Source of the DNA: Octopus vulgaris | Taxonomy: Eukaryota | DNA length: 64,000 nt | NCBI GenBank assembly: GCA_951406725.2 | Contig: OX597833.1 | Coordinates: 20,026,001-20,090,000, forward strand | Reading direction: 5' to 3' | In this document: positions 38,609-49,865 of the stretch, one piece after another | How the letters are laid out: each line of letters starts with the position of its first letter | Numbering within the stretch: the first letter of the stretch is position 1 | Made by a program: the position numbers and the translations under genes | The notes under the pieces: generated by a model | The model's input: the letters and a program-made list of their open reading frames with translations, nothing else | Told to the model about the DNA's origin: nothing | Database searches by the model: none

Positions 38609-38677
38609 TATATATATATATCTTCCTGTTGCTATCATATTTCTAATTCTTATATGTTTATTAAATTGGAAGGTATT

Positions 38678-38808
38678 CTTATTTCTTTATTGCCCACAAG
38701 GGGCTAAACATAGAGGGGACAAACAAGGACAGACAAAGGGATTAAGTTGATTATATCGACCATAGTGCGTAACTGGTACTTAATTTATCGACCCCGAAAG
38801 GATGAAAG

Positions 38809-38809
<1 letters not shown>
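38678..38809 (-). mobile_element. SINE family B, 3' half
   Basis: Truncated at a TA run. Confidence 0.8.
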
Positions 38810-38843
<34 letters not shown>

Positions 38844-38846
<3 letters not shown>

Positions 38847-39087
38847 ATCTAGGACTTTTCGTCTAATTCACTTTGGTCTAAAGAACTTTGATCTAGAGTG
38901 ACTTTTGTATAAATATACTATAGTCTAAAGACATTTTTGTCTACATGCCCTTTAGTATAAAGACATGTTTGTGTAAACTCACTTTGGTCTAACAACTATT
39001 TTGTCTATAGAATCTAAAAAAAAAAACGTTTAGACAAAAATGCTTATAGAACAAAAGTTCTATAAAAGACCAAAGTGCTGTATTCCA
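38844..39087. mobile_element. Non-autonomous DNA element with subterminal ~15-16-bp repeats
   Basis: TGGA...TCCA ends within TA. About 10 copies of CTTTGGTCTA-like motifs, inverted near the right end. Confidence 0.6.
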
Positions 39088-39599
39088 TATATATACACAT
39101 GTATATGATGTGTGTGGATGTATTAATGTTTCCTCACCTTGACATCATGTGATAGTTGTAAACGAGTATCATCATCATACAAGCAGCATCCTTCATTTCC
39201 GATATTCTGTGAAAACATGGGTGATTAAGGGGAACTATTACCTTATTAGGAAACAGATAAGGGTTAGCAACAGGAAGGGCATCTGGCCATAGGAAAATCT
39301 GTCCCAACAAATTCTGTCAGGTCCATGCAAGCATTTAAATGTGGATAGTAAATGATGATGATGATGATGATAGGCTGTGCAATGGTTTTAGCTAATGCAC
39401 ACCTATTGGATCAGTAGTTCAGCTCTTAAGTCTCTTTGCATCTACAAATAATGCTGCAAGATGACTGATCATTCAACAGCAACAACAACAAAAACAACAG
39501 CAACAATTGATAAAAATATGATGAGACTACACACTGTACACCAGAATACCTTCCAATTTATTAAACTCATAAGAATTACAAATATGATAGATTACAACG

Positions 39600-40200
39600 T
39601 ATGGAAATTGTAGTTGTGATACCCGTGCCGGTGCCACGTAAAAAGCACCATCCGAACATGGCCGATGCCAGCGCTGCTTTGACTGGCGTCCATGCTGGTA
39701 ACACGTAAAAAGCACCAACCGATTGTTGCCGTTTACCAGCCTCCTCTGGCCTCTGTACCGGTGGCACGTAAAAAGCACCATCCGAACGTGGCCGATGCCA
39801 GCGCCGACTTGACTGGCATCCATGCTGGTAACACGTAAAAAGCACCAACCGATCGTTGCCGTTTACCAGCCTCCTCTGGCCCCTGTACCGGTGGCACGTA
39901 AAAAGCACCATCCAAACGTGGCCGATGCCAGCACTGCCTTGACTGGCATCCATGCTGGTAACACGTAAAAAGCACCAACCGATCGTTGCCGTTTACCAGC
40001 CTCCTCTGGCCCCTGTACCGGTGGCACGTAAAAAGCACCCACTACACTCACGGAGTTGTTGACGTTAGGAAGGGCATCCAGCTGTAGAAACACTGCCAGA
40101 TCAGACTGGAGCCTGGTGCAGCCTCCTGGCTTCCCAGACCCCAATCGAACCATCCAACCCATGCTAGCATGGAAAAGCGGACGTTAAACGATGATGATGA
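39600..40200 (+). mobile_element. RTE 3' UTR (family C) with a 130-bp higher-order tandem array
   Basis: GTGGCACGTAAAAAGCACC at 39761, 39891 and 40021; (GAT)n tail. Confidence 0.9.
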
Positions 40201-40529
40201 TTTGATTGATATGAAAACCCCTTACTTCTGATTAGATTCAAAAGTTAGAACTGAATTGAAACAGTTTCAGGGAAACACAAAAATTTTCTATTCTGAAACT
40301 AGTTTTCGCCACAAAATGTTTCTGCTGCATTCAAATAATAATACTATTCGGGGGGGGAAAGTGTATAAAGGTCATAGGCAGATTACATCTATCTCAGCGG
40401 AAAAAATCTAATAACATTGATTAGCAGGATTAATGATTCTTCAAGCTCTTCTGTGTCAGTTTAGTATTTATCACTGACACTAATAATTGTTGCACTTTTC
40501 CAAAAGAATGTAATGAAACAAAGCACGGT

Positions 40530-40629
40530 TGATGCGGTAGTAGTAGTAGTAGTAGTAGTAGTAGTATTGATGGTGGTGGTGGTAGTAGTATTGATGGTAG
40601 TAGTAGTAGTAGTAGTATTGATGGTGGTT

Positions 40630-40671
<42 letters not shown>

Positions 40672-40933
40672 TTGATGGTGGTTGTAGTAGTAGTAGTAGT
40701 AGTAGTAGTATTGATGGTGGTTGTAGTAGTAGTAGTAGTAGTATTGATGGTGGTGGTGGTAGTAGTATTGGTGGTGGTAATGGTAGTAGTAGTAGCAGTA
40801 GTGATGGTAGTAGTAGTATTAATGGTAGTAGTAGTATTGATGGTGGTGGTGGTGGTGGTAGTGGTAGTAGTAGTAGTAGTAGCAGCAGCAGCAGTAGTAG
40901 TAGTATTGATGGTGATGATGATAGTAGTAGTAA
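40530..40933. repeat. (GTA)n/(GTG)n trinucleotide microsatellite
   Basis: Produces the spurious poly-Val ORF 40513..40941. Confidence 0.97.
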
Positions 40934-41748
40934 TTTACTAGACTAGGTGATATTCATGGGGACAAGATGCAAGATTTTACATCAAGTCTTAAAAATTTAA
41001 AAACAAAACGGTGCCCCAGCATGGCCACAGCTCATAAGCTGAAACTAGAATCAATCAATCAAATCAATCAAAACAAAACAAAAAAAAAAGCACGTTACTA
41101 TTCTCTTAGTGCAAATTAAACTGTTACAATAGAATGAAGAGGGAATTCTTGATACTAATAAAAAGAAAAGTAAAAAAAAAAGAAAAACGGTTAGCAACAT
41201 ATACCAGAGATTTAGCAATGTAAAAAGATTTTTTTTTTTTTTTCTAAATAAAACAAACGACTGAGACTAAGAATGGAATAATCCCTATAAACCAAAGACA
41301 AAAACCAAAAAAGAAAATAAAAAACAGTCTAGAAAAACATAACAATGTTAAACAGCAGCACTTTGCACGGTTAAAATGTTGACGTATCAAATGTACACGT
41401 AATCTATTCTATTAAAATAATTAAGTAATGCTGCTAATTTCGTAAGAGAGAGAGAGAGAGATGTGAAACTGGTGCTTATAATCGAGTAATGGAAAGTAGC
41501 ACTGAAACAATTAAAGAGCTATTTTGGTTGGGTTATAAAGGAAAACAAGACTGCTACGGGGGGATAACGAGCTAAGAAAGCTATTCCAGGTAACTGAGTA
41601 AGATTAGTTCAATTTGGTAAACTTGCCAGGTCTATTATAAAATTGGACAGATAATGTTAAGTGCATATTACTGAATTACTGAATGTCTTGTGGGTTTTTT
41701 TTTTGGTTTTTTTTTTCATTTTATTTATTTTTCTCTTTTTACACACAG

Positions 41749-41800
41749 CAAGTCAATCTATTTTGATTTACCTGTGGAAACAAGTGTTCGTTTCATAAAG
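41749..41800 (+). CDS. Candidate 52-nt exon (xKSIYFDLPVETSVRFIK)
   Basis: About 50-nt T-rich tract ending ACACACAG, then 52 nt open in one frame, then AAG|GTAACA donor. Confidence 0.3.
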
Positions 41801-41817
41801 GTAACATGTTTTGTGAG

Positions 41818-42876
41818 AATGGATTGGCTGTGTAGTTAAGAAGATTGCTTTGTCGCCATGTGGTTCTGGGTTTACTTATAGTGCACAGTACCTCAGGTAA
41901 GTGTCTTCTACTATAACCCTGGGCCAACATATGCCTTGTGAGTGAATTTGACAGAGGGAAACTGCATGGAAGCCCATCATGTGTGTGTGTGTGTGTGTGT
42001 GTGAGAGGGGGTGTTTGTCCTTCTCACCCTCACACAGCTTAACAATCAATTTTGGTTTGTCCACATCTCTGTAACTTAGCAGTTCGGCTAAAGAGATTGA
42101 TGGAATAAGTGCCAGACTCATAAAAAAGAGAAGCAAATAAATATAAGTACAGGAATTGATTTGTTTGATTAAGGCCCTTCAAGGCAGTGCTCCAGCATGG
42201 CCACAGTCTAATGACTGAAACAAGAAAAAGGAAATACAAAGACAGAGAGAGAGAGACAGACAGAAAAGGAAAACAAATCTCAAAGCATAAAACCAAATTA
42301 TCATCATGGTTTAGCATCAGCTGGAAGATTCTGCAATAAACCTTTCAATACATCTTGAAAGCTGTAGCACCTCATCTCATTTGTAAGACTCAACATTTTC
42401 TCGCTACATTGTGCCAAGCCCCCTTTGGCACATGGCACAGTCGCTAGTCTCTTTCTTAACAGGCTTCACTTTCTTGTAAGCTTTTACTTTTTACTCGTTT
42501 CGGTCATTTGACTGTGGCCATGCTGGGGGACTGCCTCGAAGAGTTTTAGTCAAACAAATCGAACCTGGGGCTTTTTTCATTTAAAGCCTAATACTTATTC
42601 TATCAGCCTCTTTTGCCAAACTGCTAAGTTAAGTAAACATAAACACACCAACACCAGTTGTCAAGCAGTGGTGGGGGACAAACATACACACACACGGATA
42701 TATACTTATATAAAACATGATGGATTTCTTTCAGTTTCTCGTCTACCAAATCCACTCTCAAGGCTTTGACTGACCCAGGACTATAGAAAAAGTACTTGCC
42801 CAAAGTGTCACACAGTGGGACTGAACCCACAACCATGTGATTGGGAAGCAAGCGTCTTACCACACAGCCACACCTG
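41818..42876. mobile_element. Inverted pair of SINE A copies (41818-42240 +, 42481-42876 -)
   Basis: Tail-to-tail family-A copies about 240 bp apart. Confidence 0.8.
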
Positions 42877-43688
42877 TGGTCTGTAAGTTGATCTTGGTTT
42901 CCATTTTCTTAGCTTTTCTTTTACCTTTTACCTGTTTTAGTCATTAGACAGCAGCCATGTCGGGGTACCACCTTGAAGGGTTTAGTTGAACAAATCAACC
43001 CCGGTAATTATTCTATTGGTCTCTTTTGCCAAACTGCTAAGAAATCAGGCAAGGGTGAGAAATAAATACAAATACACACACATGCATACATATAAATACA
43101 TGTCATCATTTTTTTTCTTAATGTCCACTTTTCTATGCCAGCATGGATTAGACAGAGTTTATTGAGGGAGATTGTCTAAAGCCGGATGCCTTCACCTGTT
43201 TCCAAACAAGGTAATATTTCTCCATGATCAAACATTTTTCCATCGTGTACTGAAATGAGTGACATTCACTTACCACAATATCAAGTTGAAGAAATACAAA
43301 CACACACATGTTCATGCATGCATGGGTGCGCAGACACACACATATATATAAAGAAAAGTAAAGACCCCTTTGGTCATGAATGATCATGGGATTGCTCCTA
43401 GAAAGTTCTCCATAAAAGCAAGGTTGTTTATGGAAGACCAGCAGTCGCCCATGCATACCAGTTTCCCCTTTCCATGCCACTGATGTAATCCAAGGGAAAG
43501 GCAAAGGCCAGAATAGCTAGGCATCAGTAATGTCACAACTCATTTCTACAGCTGAGTAAACTAGAGCAATATGAAATAAAGTGTCTTGTTCAAGAACACA
43601 GCACTCAGCTTGGCCTGGGAATTGAACTCACTACCTCAAGATTGTGAGCCCAATGCTCTAGCCAATAAGCCAAAGCCATGCACCTATA

Positions 43689-43731
43689 TATAATAATAAT
43701 AATAATAATGATAATAATAATAATAATAATG

Positions 43732-43768
<37 letters not shown>
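43689..43768. repeat. (TAA)n microsatellite
   Basis: Seen directly. Confidence 0.97.
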
Positions 43769-43769
<1 letters not shown>

Positions 43770-44101
43770 GGGTAAAATTAATTAATCAATTAATAATTTT
43801 ACCAAGTAGTTCAGTATGTTAAAAGAACCATTATCAATAACCTTACACAAAAAGTCTATAATTATGAACATAATTATAATTAGGGTTCAGCAAAATTGCT
43901 TCACCACATACCAAAATTTAGAAATAGCAGTTAAATACTATTCCTCAACCATAAGATATCTCCCAGACAGCAATACTCTCAACTCATGGAGCAACTCTTT
44001 ACCTGCGTAGTGGAATAGTATTTAACTGCTATTTCTAAATTTCGGTACGTGGTGAAGCAATTTTGTGGAACCCTAATTATGATTATGCTTATAATTATAG
44101 A

Positions 44102-44105
<4 letters not shown>
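43767..44105. repeat. AT-rich element with ~94-bp inverted arms
   Basis: 43851-43944 is the reverse complement of 44012-44105. Related sequence at 46645-46822. Confidence 0.8.
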
Positions 44106-44136
<31 letters not shown>

Positions 44137-44138
<2 letters not shown>

Positions 44139-44840
44139 AAAGTATAGAAGCTATCTTATCATGGCTAACCACATTGGGGAGGGGTGTTACTGTAGCTTTA
44201 TAGTGATACACTCGAACAGATGAGACAACAATCCCGAAACTAGTTTATGATTAACTCGTCTGTTCGAGCGTATCACTCAGGCTTGCGAGGAAGGGATGGC
44301 CTCCCTTTGCAAATACTCCAAGGACACTGATATTGTGTCTAAAGCCAGCTTGAGACGAAGATCTCTTGGGGCTATAAAGCTACAGTAACACCCCTCCCCA
44401 ATGTGGTTAGCCATGATAAGATGGCTTCTATACTTTACATTATCGACGATTACTGTTTCAATCTCATTCTGAGATTTAATTATGCTTACTGTTCGTTTTT
44501 CGACATCAGTGGCAGATGCCATTAGAAAAACTTATATATATTTGCAAAGAGGCCTTCACTTTCATCGCGACCTGGTGGTTACCGCCCGTTGACGAGGGAC
44601 AACAATCCCGAAACTAGTTCGAGCGTATCACTCAGGCTTGCGAAGAAGGGATGGCCTCCTTTGCAAATACTCCAAGGACACTGATATTGTGTCTAAAGCC
44701 AGCTTGAGACGAAGATCTCTTGGGGCTATAAAGCTACAGTAACACCCCCTCCCCAATGTGGTTAGCCATGATAAGATGGTTTCTATACTTTAAATTATCG
44801 AGCGATTACTGTTTCAATCTCATTCTGAGATTTAATTATG

Positions 44841-44841
<1 letters not shown>
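44137..44841 (+). mobile_element. Partial-tandem element (374-bp period) with 5' inversion; Penelope-like or retrozyme-like
   Basis: 44224-44486 is repeated at 44598-44841. 44137-44203 is the reverse complement of 44372-44438. Flanked by (TA)n on both sides and contains a hammerhead motif. Confidence 0.7.
44583..44625 (+). ncRNA. Candidate type-I minimal hammerhead ribozyme
   Basis: CGCCCG-UUGACGA-GGGA(caacaa)UCCC-GAAAC-UA-GUU-CGAGCG. Stem I pairs 5/6, stem II is 4 bp, stem III is the palindrome ACUAGU. Core variant C3->U. Confidence 0.6.
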
Positions 44842-44878
<37 letters not shown>

Positions 44879-45318
44879 TATGACAGGCTTCCACACTTTT
44901 GTGTACCAAATTCACTCACAAAGCATTGCTCAACCCAGGACACTCACCCGAAGTGCTATGCAGTGGGACTGAACCTGAAACCATGTGATTTCAAAGAAAG
45001 CTTCTTATCCACATAGCTATGTCTTCACCTATATTTTCTCTAAATCTCAAAATCTCATGCCCTTCTACCAGAAGTTGGTAATCATTAATCTACATTATTT
45101 AACCCAAGACCAGCTCCCCCACCCCTAAGTGAGTGGCCCATGAGTGAAAGACACTCTTGCCATGACCACCATGTCTGTTTTCTTTTAGGTTTGATTTCTG
45201 CTTTTATTTTAAGACAATAGATTGTATTATGAAGTTGGTTTCTAAGAAGTCGTGGCTCGTTCAATGGAGGAAACAGCCAAGGCTAGCTAAGACTAAACAC
45301 AGATTTATGTAGTGACAT

Positions 45319-45548
45319 TTAACCCTTTAGTGTTCACATTATTCTGCCAAAATTAATCCTTTTTTATCCACATTGTTTTGAACTAATCATACATTATCTT
45401 GTAGCTTTGAGATTTTGATGAGGTAGCTGTTAATTTTTAAAACGATATTGTAGGGTTGGTGTGAAGAGGTCAGACCTGGCCAGTTTGAACATAAAACAGG
45501 CAGAATACTTTTGGCCGGATATGGCCGGTTTAAATGCTAAAGGGTTAA
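45319..45548 (+). mobile_element. piggyBac-like MITE (family P2)
   Basis: TTAA-CCCTTTAGTGTT...AATGCTAAAGGG-TTAA. Confidence 0.8.
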
Positions 45549-46288
45549 AAGCACAAGGATAAAAATAAATTTGAAAAGAAACCCAAGCATACAAAAAAAA
45601 ATAACAAAATAGGGAAAAGTAAGGAAAAATCCCAGAAGTATTTGAAAACAAACAATATGCCAAAATGAATATTAAATTTACCAAAATTGATATGACATAG
45701 AGAAATGAAGACTATATAGAAAACAATAAACAATACTAAAACAAAAAGGTTAGAAGAAGAATGAAAAATATATAACAAAGAGCATTAACAAATGGTACAT
45801 TTAAATATTTGAATTTTAATGAAATGAAATTAATTATCAATTGATACAGCATGATGTGCCTATGAATAAGAAGTAGAGAACAAGAAAATAGGTAAAAAAA
45901 GAAATGATAATTTGATAGACTCTCAAAATAAGTGTTTCACAAAAATATCAGTAAAATGATAATAAAAAAAAAAGATATATTCGTAAAAGCACGTGGAAAA
46001 AGAAAATTATAATCTCATTTCATTATGGAAGACTGTTTCCATAGATACAGCAGAGTATTATTCTTAAAAAATTGTATAACGTATGTAGTATTGAGATAGA
46101 AAATAGTATAAAGACGGAAATATGTCAAGGTTGATGTATTAACTGGGCTGTGTAATCCGTATCAGCTTAGAGAAACTGATATAAAACTGATTATGATGAA
46201 CAATGATGAAGAAGAATGATGACATTAAACCAAATATAATGATTTGTAGGTTCAAAAATTAAATATATATATCATTATTTTGCTGATA

Positions 46289-46553
46289 TATCTGTAAATG
46301 TAATATGTGACAATTATTCGGTAGCCATGATAAAACTCCGAGTTTCGGATGTCGAGGTGGAAATCCATGCCACCATCCCTTCAGTTATCTGGCCATCGGA
46401 AAAAAATGCTATGATTTTCATAGATTTTCATAGCATTTTTTTCCGATGGCCGGATAACTGAAGAGATGGTGGCATGTATTTCCACCTCGACATCCGAAAC
46501 TCGGAGTTTTATCATGGCTACCGAATAATTGTCACATATTACATTTACAGATA
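46289..46553. repeat. 265-bp palindrome (126-bp arms, 3 mismatches), probably an inverted Penelope-like pLTR
   Basis: 46289-46414 is the reverse complement of 46428-46553. Confidence 0.9.
46453..46513 (+). ncRNA. Candidate type-I hammerhead ribozyme (mirror copy on the minus strand at 46329-46389)
   Basis: GAUAA-CUGAAGA-GAUGGUGG...CCACC...CAUC-C-GAAAC-UCGGA-GUU-UUAUC. Stem I is GAUAA/UUAUC; stem III is the near-palindromic ACUC.GAGU. Confidence 0.6.
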
Positions 46554-46834
46554 AATTTTTCTATTTACATAATATCAAGGTCTCTTTCATTCTTTTGTTG
46601 TCTTACCATTTCTATCAATATATATATATACTTTTTCTTGCAGTAGAAGAAATAGCCAAATTTTTGGCTGCTATTTCTAAAAAGTTCGGTATGTGGTAAA
46701 GTAAATTATTTTACTTTACCCTATTTTTATAAAGTAATATTTCAAATATACCGTAAATGGTCGTTTTACATACCGAACACTGCTCGGTCAAATTAATTAA
46801 TTAATTTTACCCTTTTTTATTGACAATATATATA

Positions 46835-47248
46835 TCATCATCATCATCATCATCGTTTAGCGTCCGTTTTCCGCGCTAGCATGAGTTGGATGGTTCTACT
46901 GGGGTCTGTGAAGCCAGAAGGCTTCATCAGGCCCAGTCAAATCTGGCAGTGTTTCTACGGCTGGATGCCCTTCCTAACGCCAACCACTCCATGAGTGTAG
47001 TGGGTGCTTTTTACATACCACCCGCACAGGTGCCAGACAGAGCTGGCAAACGGCCACGAACGGATGGTGCTTTTTATCTGCCACCGACACGAGGGCCAGG
47101 CGAGGCTGGCAACGGACACGAAATGGGGCGGTGCTGGCAATGGTCGCGAAACGGAAGGTTCTCTTACATGCCACCGGCACTGGTAACACATCTGCAATTT
47201 CCATTGATCGATTTCGATTCTGATCCTCACTTGCCTCAACGGGTCTTC
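46835..47248 (-). mobile_element. RTE 3' UTR (family C)
   Basis: Family-C motifs; accounts for the first half of ORF 46886..47614. Confidence 0.85.
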
Positions 47249-47359
47249 ATATATATATATATAAATGTGTGTGTGTGTGTGTGCTATTTGGTAACAATTT
47301 GTTTCAGCTCCATACAACTCAAAGTTTTGTGGGCTCGGAGAACGAAACTAGCTCATCAA

Positions 47360-48665
47360 GCATACAGAGATCAAGTAACAAGAAATGAGTCAAATTCCAG
47401 ATGGTTTCAAGATGTTAGGCTCCTGTTGGTCAACTCAGATCACATGGTGTTAGTAGTTTGGAAGCAAGGTCAGTTTTCATCTTTGTTTTCAGGCCAATGT
47501 GGTCCAATAGGATGTTGGCAGGCAGCTGTCACTACTACAAGGAGGGGCTGTAAAGTTCCTGGCTTTAAGGGTATCACGAAAGGCCTTGTTGGGCCTTCCT
47601 TTTACAGGGCTTAGAAAAACAGAAGGACTGCTGCAATAAGTGTGTGAATCTGAGAGGGGAATATATTTTATCTTTTACTTGTTTCAGTCATTTAACTTGA
47701 AGCATACTAGGGCCTTGAAGGGGTTTAGTTGATCAAATTGACCCTATGGTTTGTTATATTTTTAAGCCTAGCACTTATTCTATCAGTTCCTTTTGCTGAA
47801 CCACTAAGTTAAGGGGATGTCATCAACTTGTTGCAATTGCTACTACACATGATGGAACAGAGTGTTGCTGCATGTTAGTGGAGGAGCAAAACTACTGAGT
47901 GGCAACAACTTTTCCATAGTAGTAACCTGAGTTTGTGGTGCTATATTAAAATTTGATGGTGCTCAGTTGGATGATATAGCACCTCAGGTTTGCCTGCTCC
48001 ATACTCAGAGAGCATGGTACTTAAACCCTATCACCTATGTAGACTAACTCCCTATCTATATTGACAGTCTAACCTAGCACCATCTAACTTTAACCCTTTC
48101 GTTACCAACCCGGCTGAAACTGGCTCTGGATCTGAGTACAAACATCTTGTTTTCATAAGTTTTGAATTAAAATCTTCCATCAAACCTTAGTCACAATTTA
48201 TGTTCCTAACAGTAGCTAAATGATAACTAAGTTATTTTACTAAATTCTTAGTTATATTTAAAGTAACTGAAAGAAACACAGAGCACCTCAAAATAAATAC
48301 AGTAACAAAAGGGTTAATCCAGCACCACAAAATCTGGTTGATCCCACAGAAGGACTATCACTGTTTTAGTGTTAGTCCTCCACTAATCCACAAAAACACC
48401 CGACTATGCCAGCCATGTGTGGCAGCAGATGCAATGAACTGATGTTATTACATAAGCTATACTGGAGCCTCCAGACATAGTGGTAATGACTACCAACCAA
48501 CGTCCTGTCGTACCACATAGACCTGAGAACAAAAATAAGAACTGATGTCGGTTCTAAACCAATAACCCTATGCAAGCTGAGTTGAATAATAGAGGCCTAA
48601 CATCTAGCAACCATCTGGAATTTGTCATATATCCTGTTACTTGATCTCCAAATGCCCAATGAGCC
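47360..48665. mobile_element. Putative element with long degenerate TIRs and nested insertions
   Basis: GAGATCAAGTAACAAG...CAAATTCCAGATGGTT...AGATGTTAGGC (47387-47420) is inverted at 48594-48648. Contains a mariner MITE, a SINE A tail and a P1 MITE. Confidence 0.5.
48090..48317 (-). mobile_element. piggyBac-like MITE (family P1)
   Basis: TTAACCCTTTCGTTACC...GTAACAAAAGGGTTAA. Confidence 0.85.
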
Positions 48666-48739
48666 AATGAAACTTTAAACTGTTATTAAATAATTCATGT
48701 AACCCATACCAAATGTATTGACTGTCTCTTTCATTTGTT

Positions 48740-49135
48740 CACTTACTCACGACCATTCCTTCTGAATCATGATTCAGATGGAGTTTGTTAGGGTAGATTT
48801 TGTGGGTGGACCCTCTTCCTGTCACCAACCCTCACCTGTTTCTAAGCAAGTTAATATTTTCCTATACCTAGACATGTTTTCATAGAAGACTGGAAACAAA
48901 CAACCCCACTTGAATAACAATGATGCTCATTTACAGCCATCATATGACATCATGACAAGAGTACACACACACACATGACAGACTTCTTTCAGTTCCCATC
49001 TACCAAATCCACTCGCAAGGTTCGACTATGGTTGGCATAAGGCTATTGTAGAAGACACTTAGCCAAGGTGTCATGCAGTAGGACTGAACCTAAAACCATG
49101 TGCTTGGGAAGCAAGCTCCTTAGCTACACAGCCAC
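48740..49135 (-). mobile_element. SINE A-variant (A head plus RTE-type tail)
   Basis: Reverse complement of the 31600-32028 organisation. Confidence 0.7.
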
Positions 49136-49291
49136 TTATGTCCTCTTTAGATGTTGACAGACATGGTTTGATTCAGTTTTTATCCAGTTTCTAACCTTCA
49201 AAGTATGGTTGAGGCATCATGCCTCACTCATATTTCATTTTGGCATGGTTTCTAAGATTGGATATCCTTCCTGACACCAACACTTTACAGA

Positions 49292-49865
49292 GTGAGGTAG
49301 TGAAGCATGACCTTCAAACATTGGGCCTCACAGAGGCAATGACAAAAGGCCGAGACCTCTGGAGATATGCTGTGACTGTGAAGACCCAGCAAATAAAGTG
49401 AGTACACAGCTGTAACCTACAGCAGTGTCGCATAACCAGCCCAGTCAAAAGTACCTTGGATTGTAGGGCGACATGCTATGCTTGACAAGACCTATTGAGT
49501 CAAGTACATCAAAATCAAATCAAATCACAATCAAATGGAAATTGTAGTTGTGATCCCTGTGCTGGTGGCATGTAAAAAGCACCATCCAAACGTGGCTGAT
49601 GCCAGCGCCGCCTTGACTGGCTTCTGTGCCGGTGACACGTAAAAAGCACCATCCAATCATGGTCAATGCCAGTCCCCTCTGGCTCCTGTGCCGGTGACAC
49701 ATAAAAAACACCCGCTACACTCTCAGAGTGGTTGGTGCTAGGAAGGGAATCTAGCTGTAGATCAGACTGGAGCCTGGTACAGCCTCCTAGCTTCCCAGAC
49801 CCCAGTCGAACTGTCCAAACCATGCCAGCATGGAAAACGGACGTTAATGATGATGATGATGATGA
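49292..49865 (+). mobile_element. RTE LINE 3' end (coding end plus family C UTR)
   Basis: EVVKHDLQTLGLTEAMTKGRDLWRYAV...stop, continuous with the family-C UTR and (GAT)n tail. Confidence 0.88.

Noticed and set aside
40513-40941. 142-aa poly-valine membrane protein
   Set aside because: Translation of a (GTA)n microsatellite.
44203-44277. A second intact hammerhead in the first tandem unit
   Set aside because: The 5' side (CAGATGAG) is explained by an inversion of 44255-44275 and lacks both CUGA and the GGGA strand of stem II.
46886-47614. 242-aa ORF, the longest in the window
   Set aside because: It runs through an antisense RTE UTR, a microsatellite and MITE sequence, with no domain; a chance open frame.
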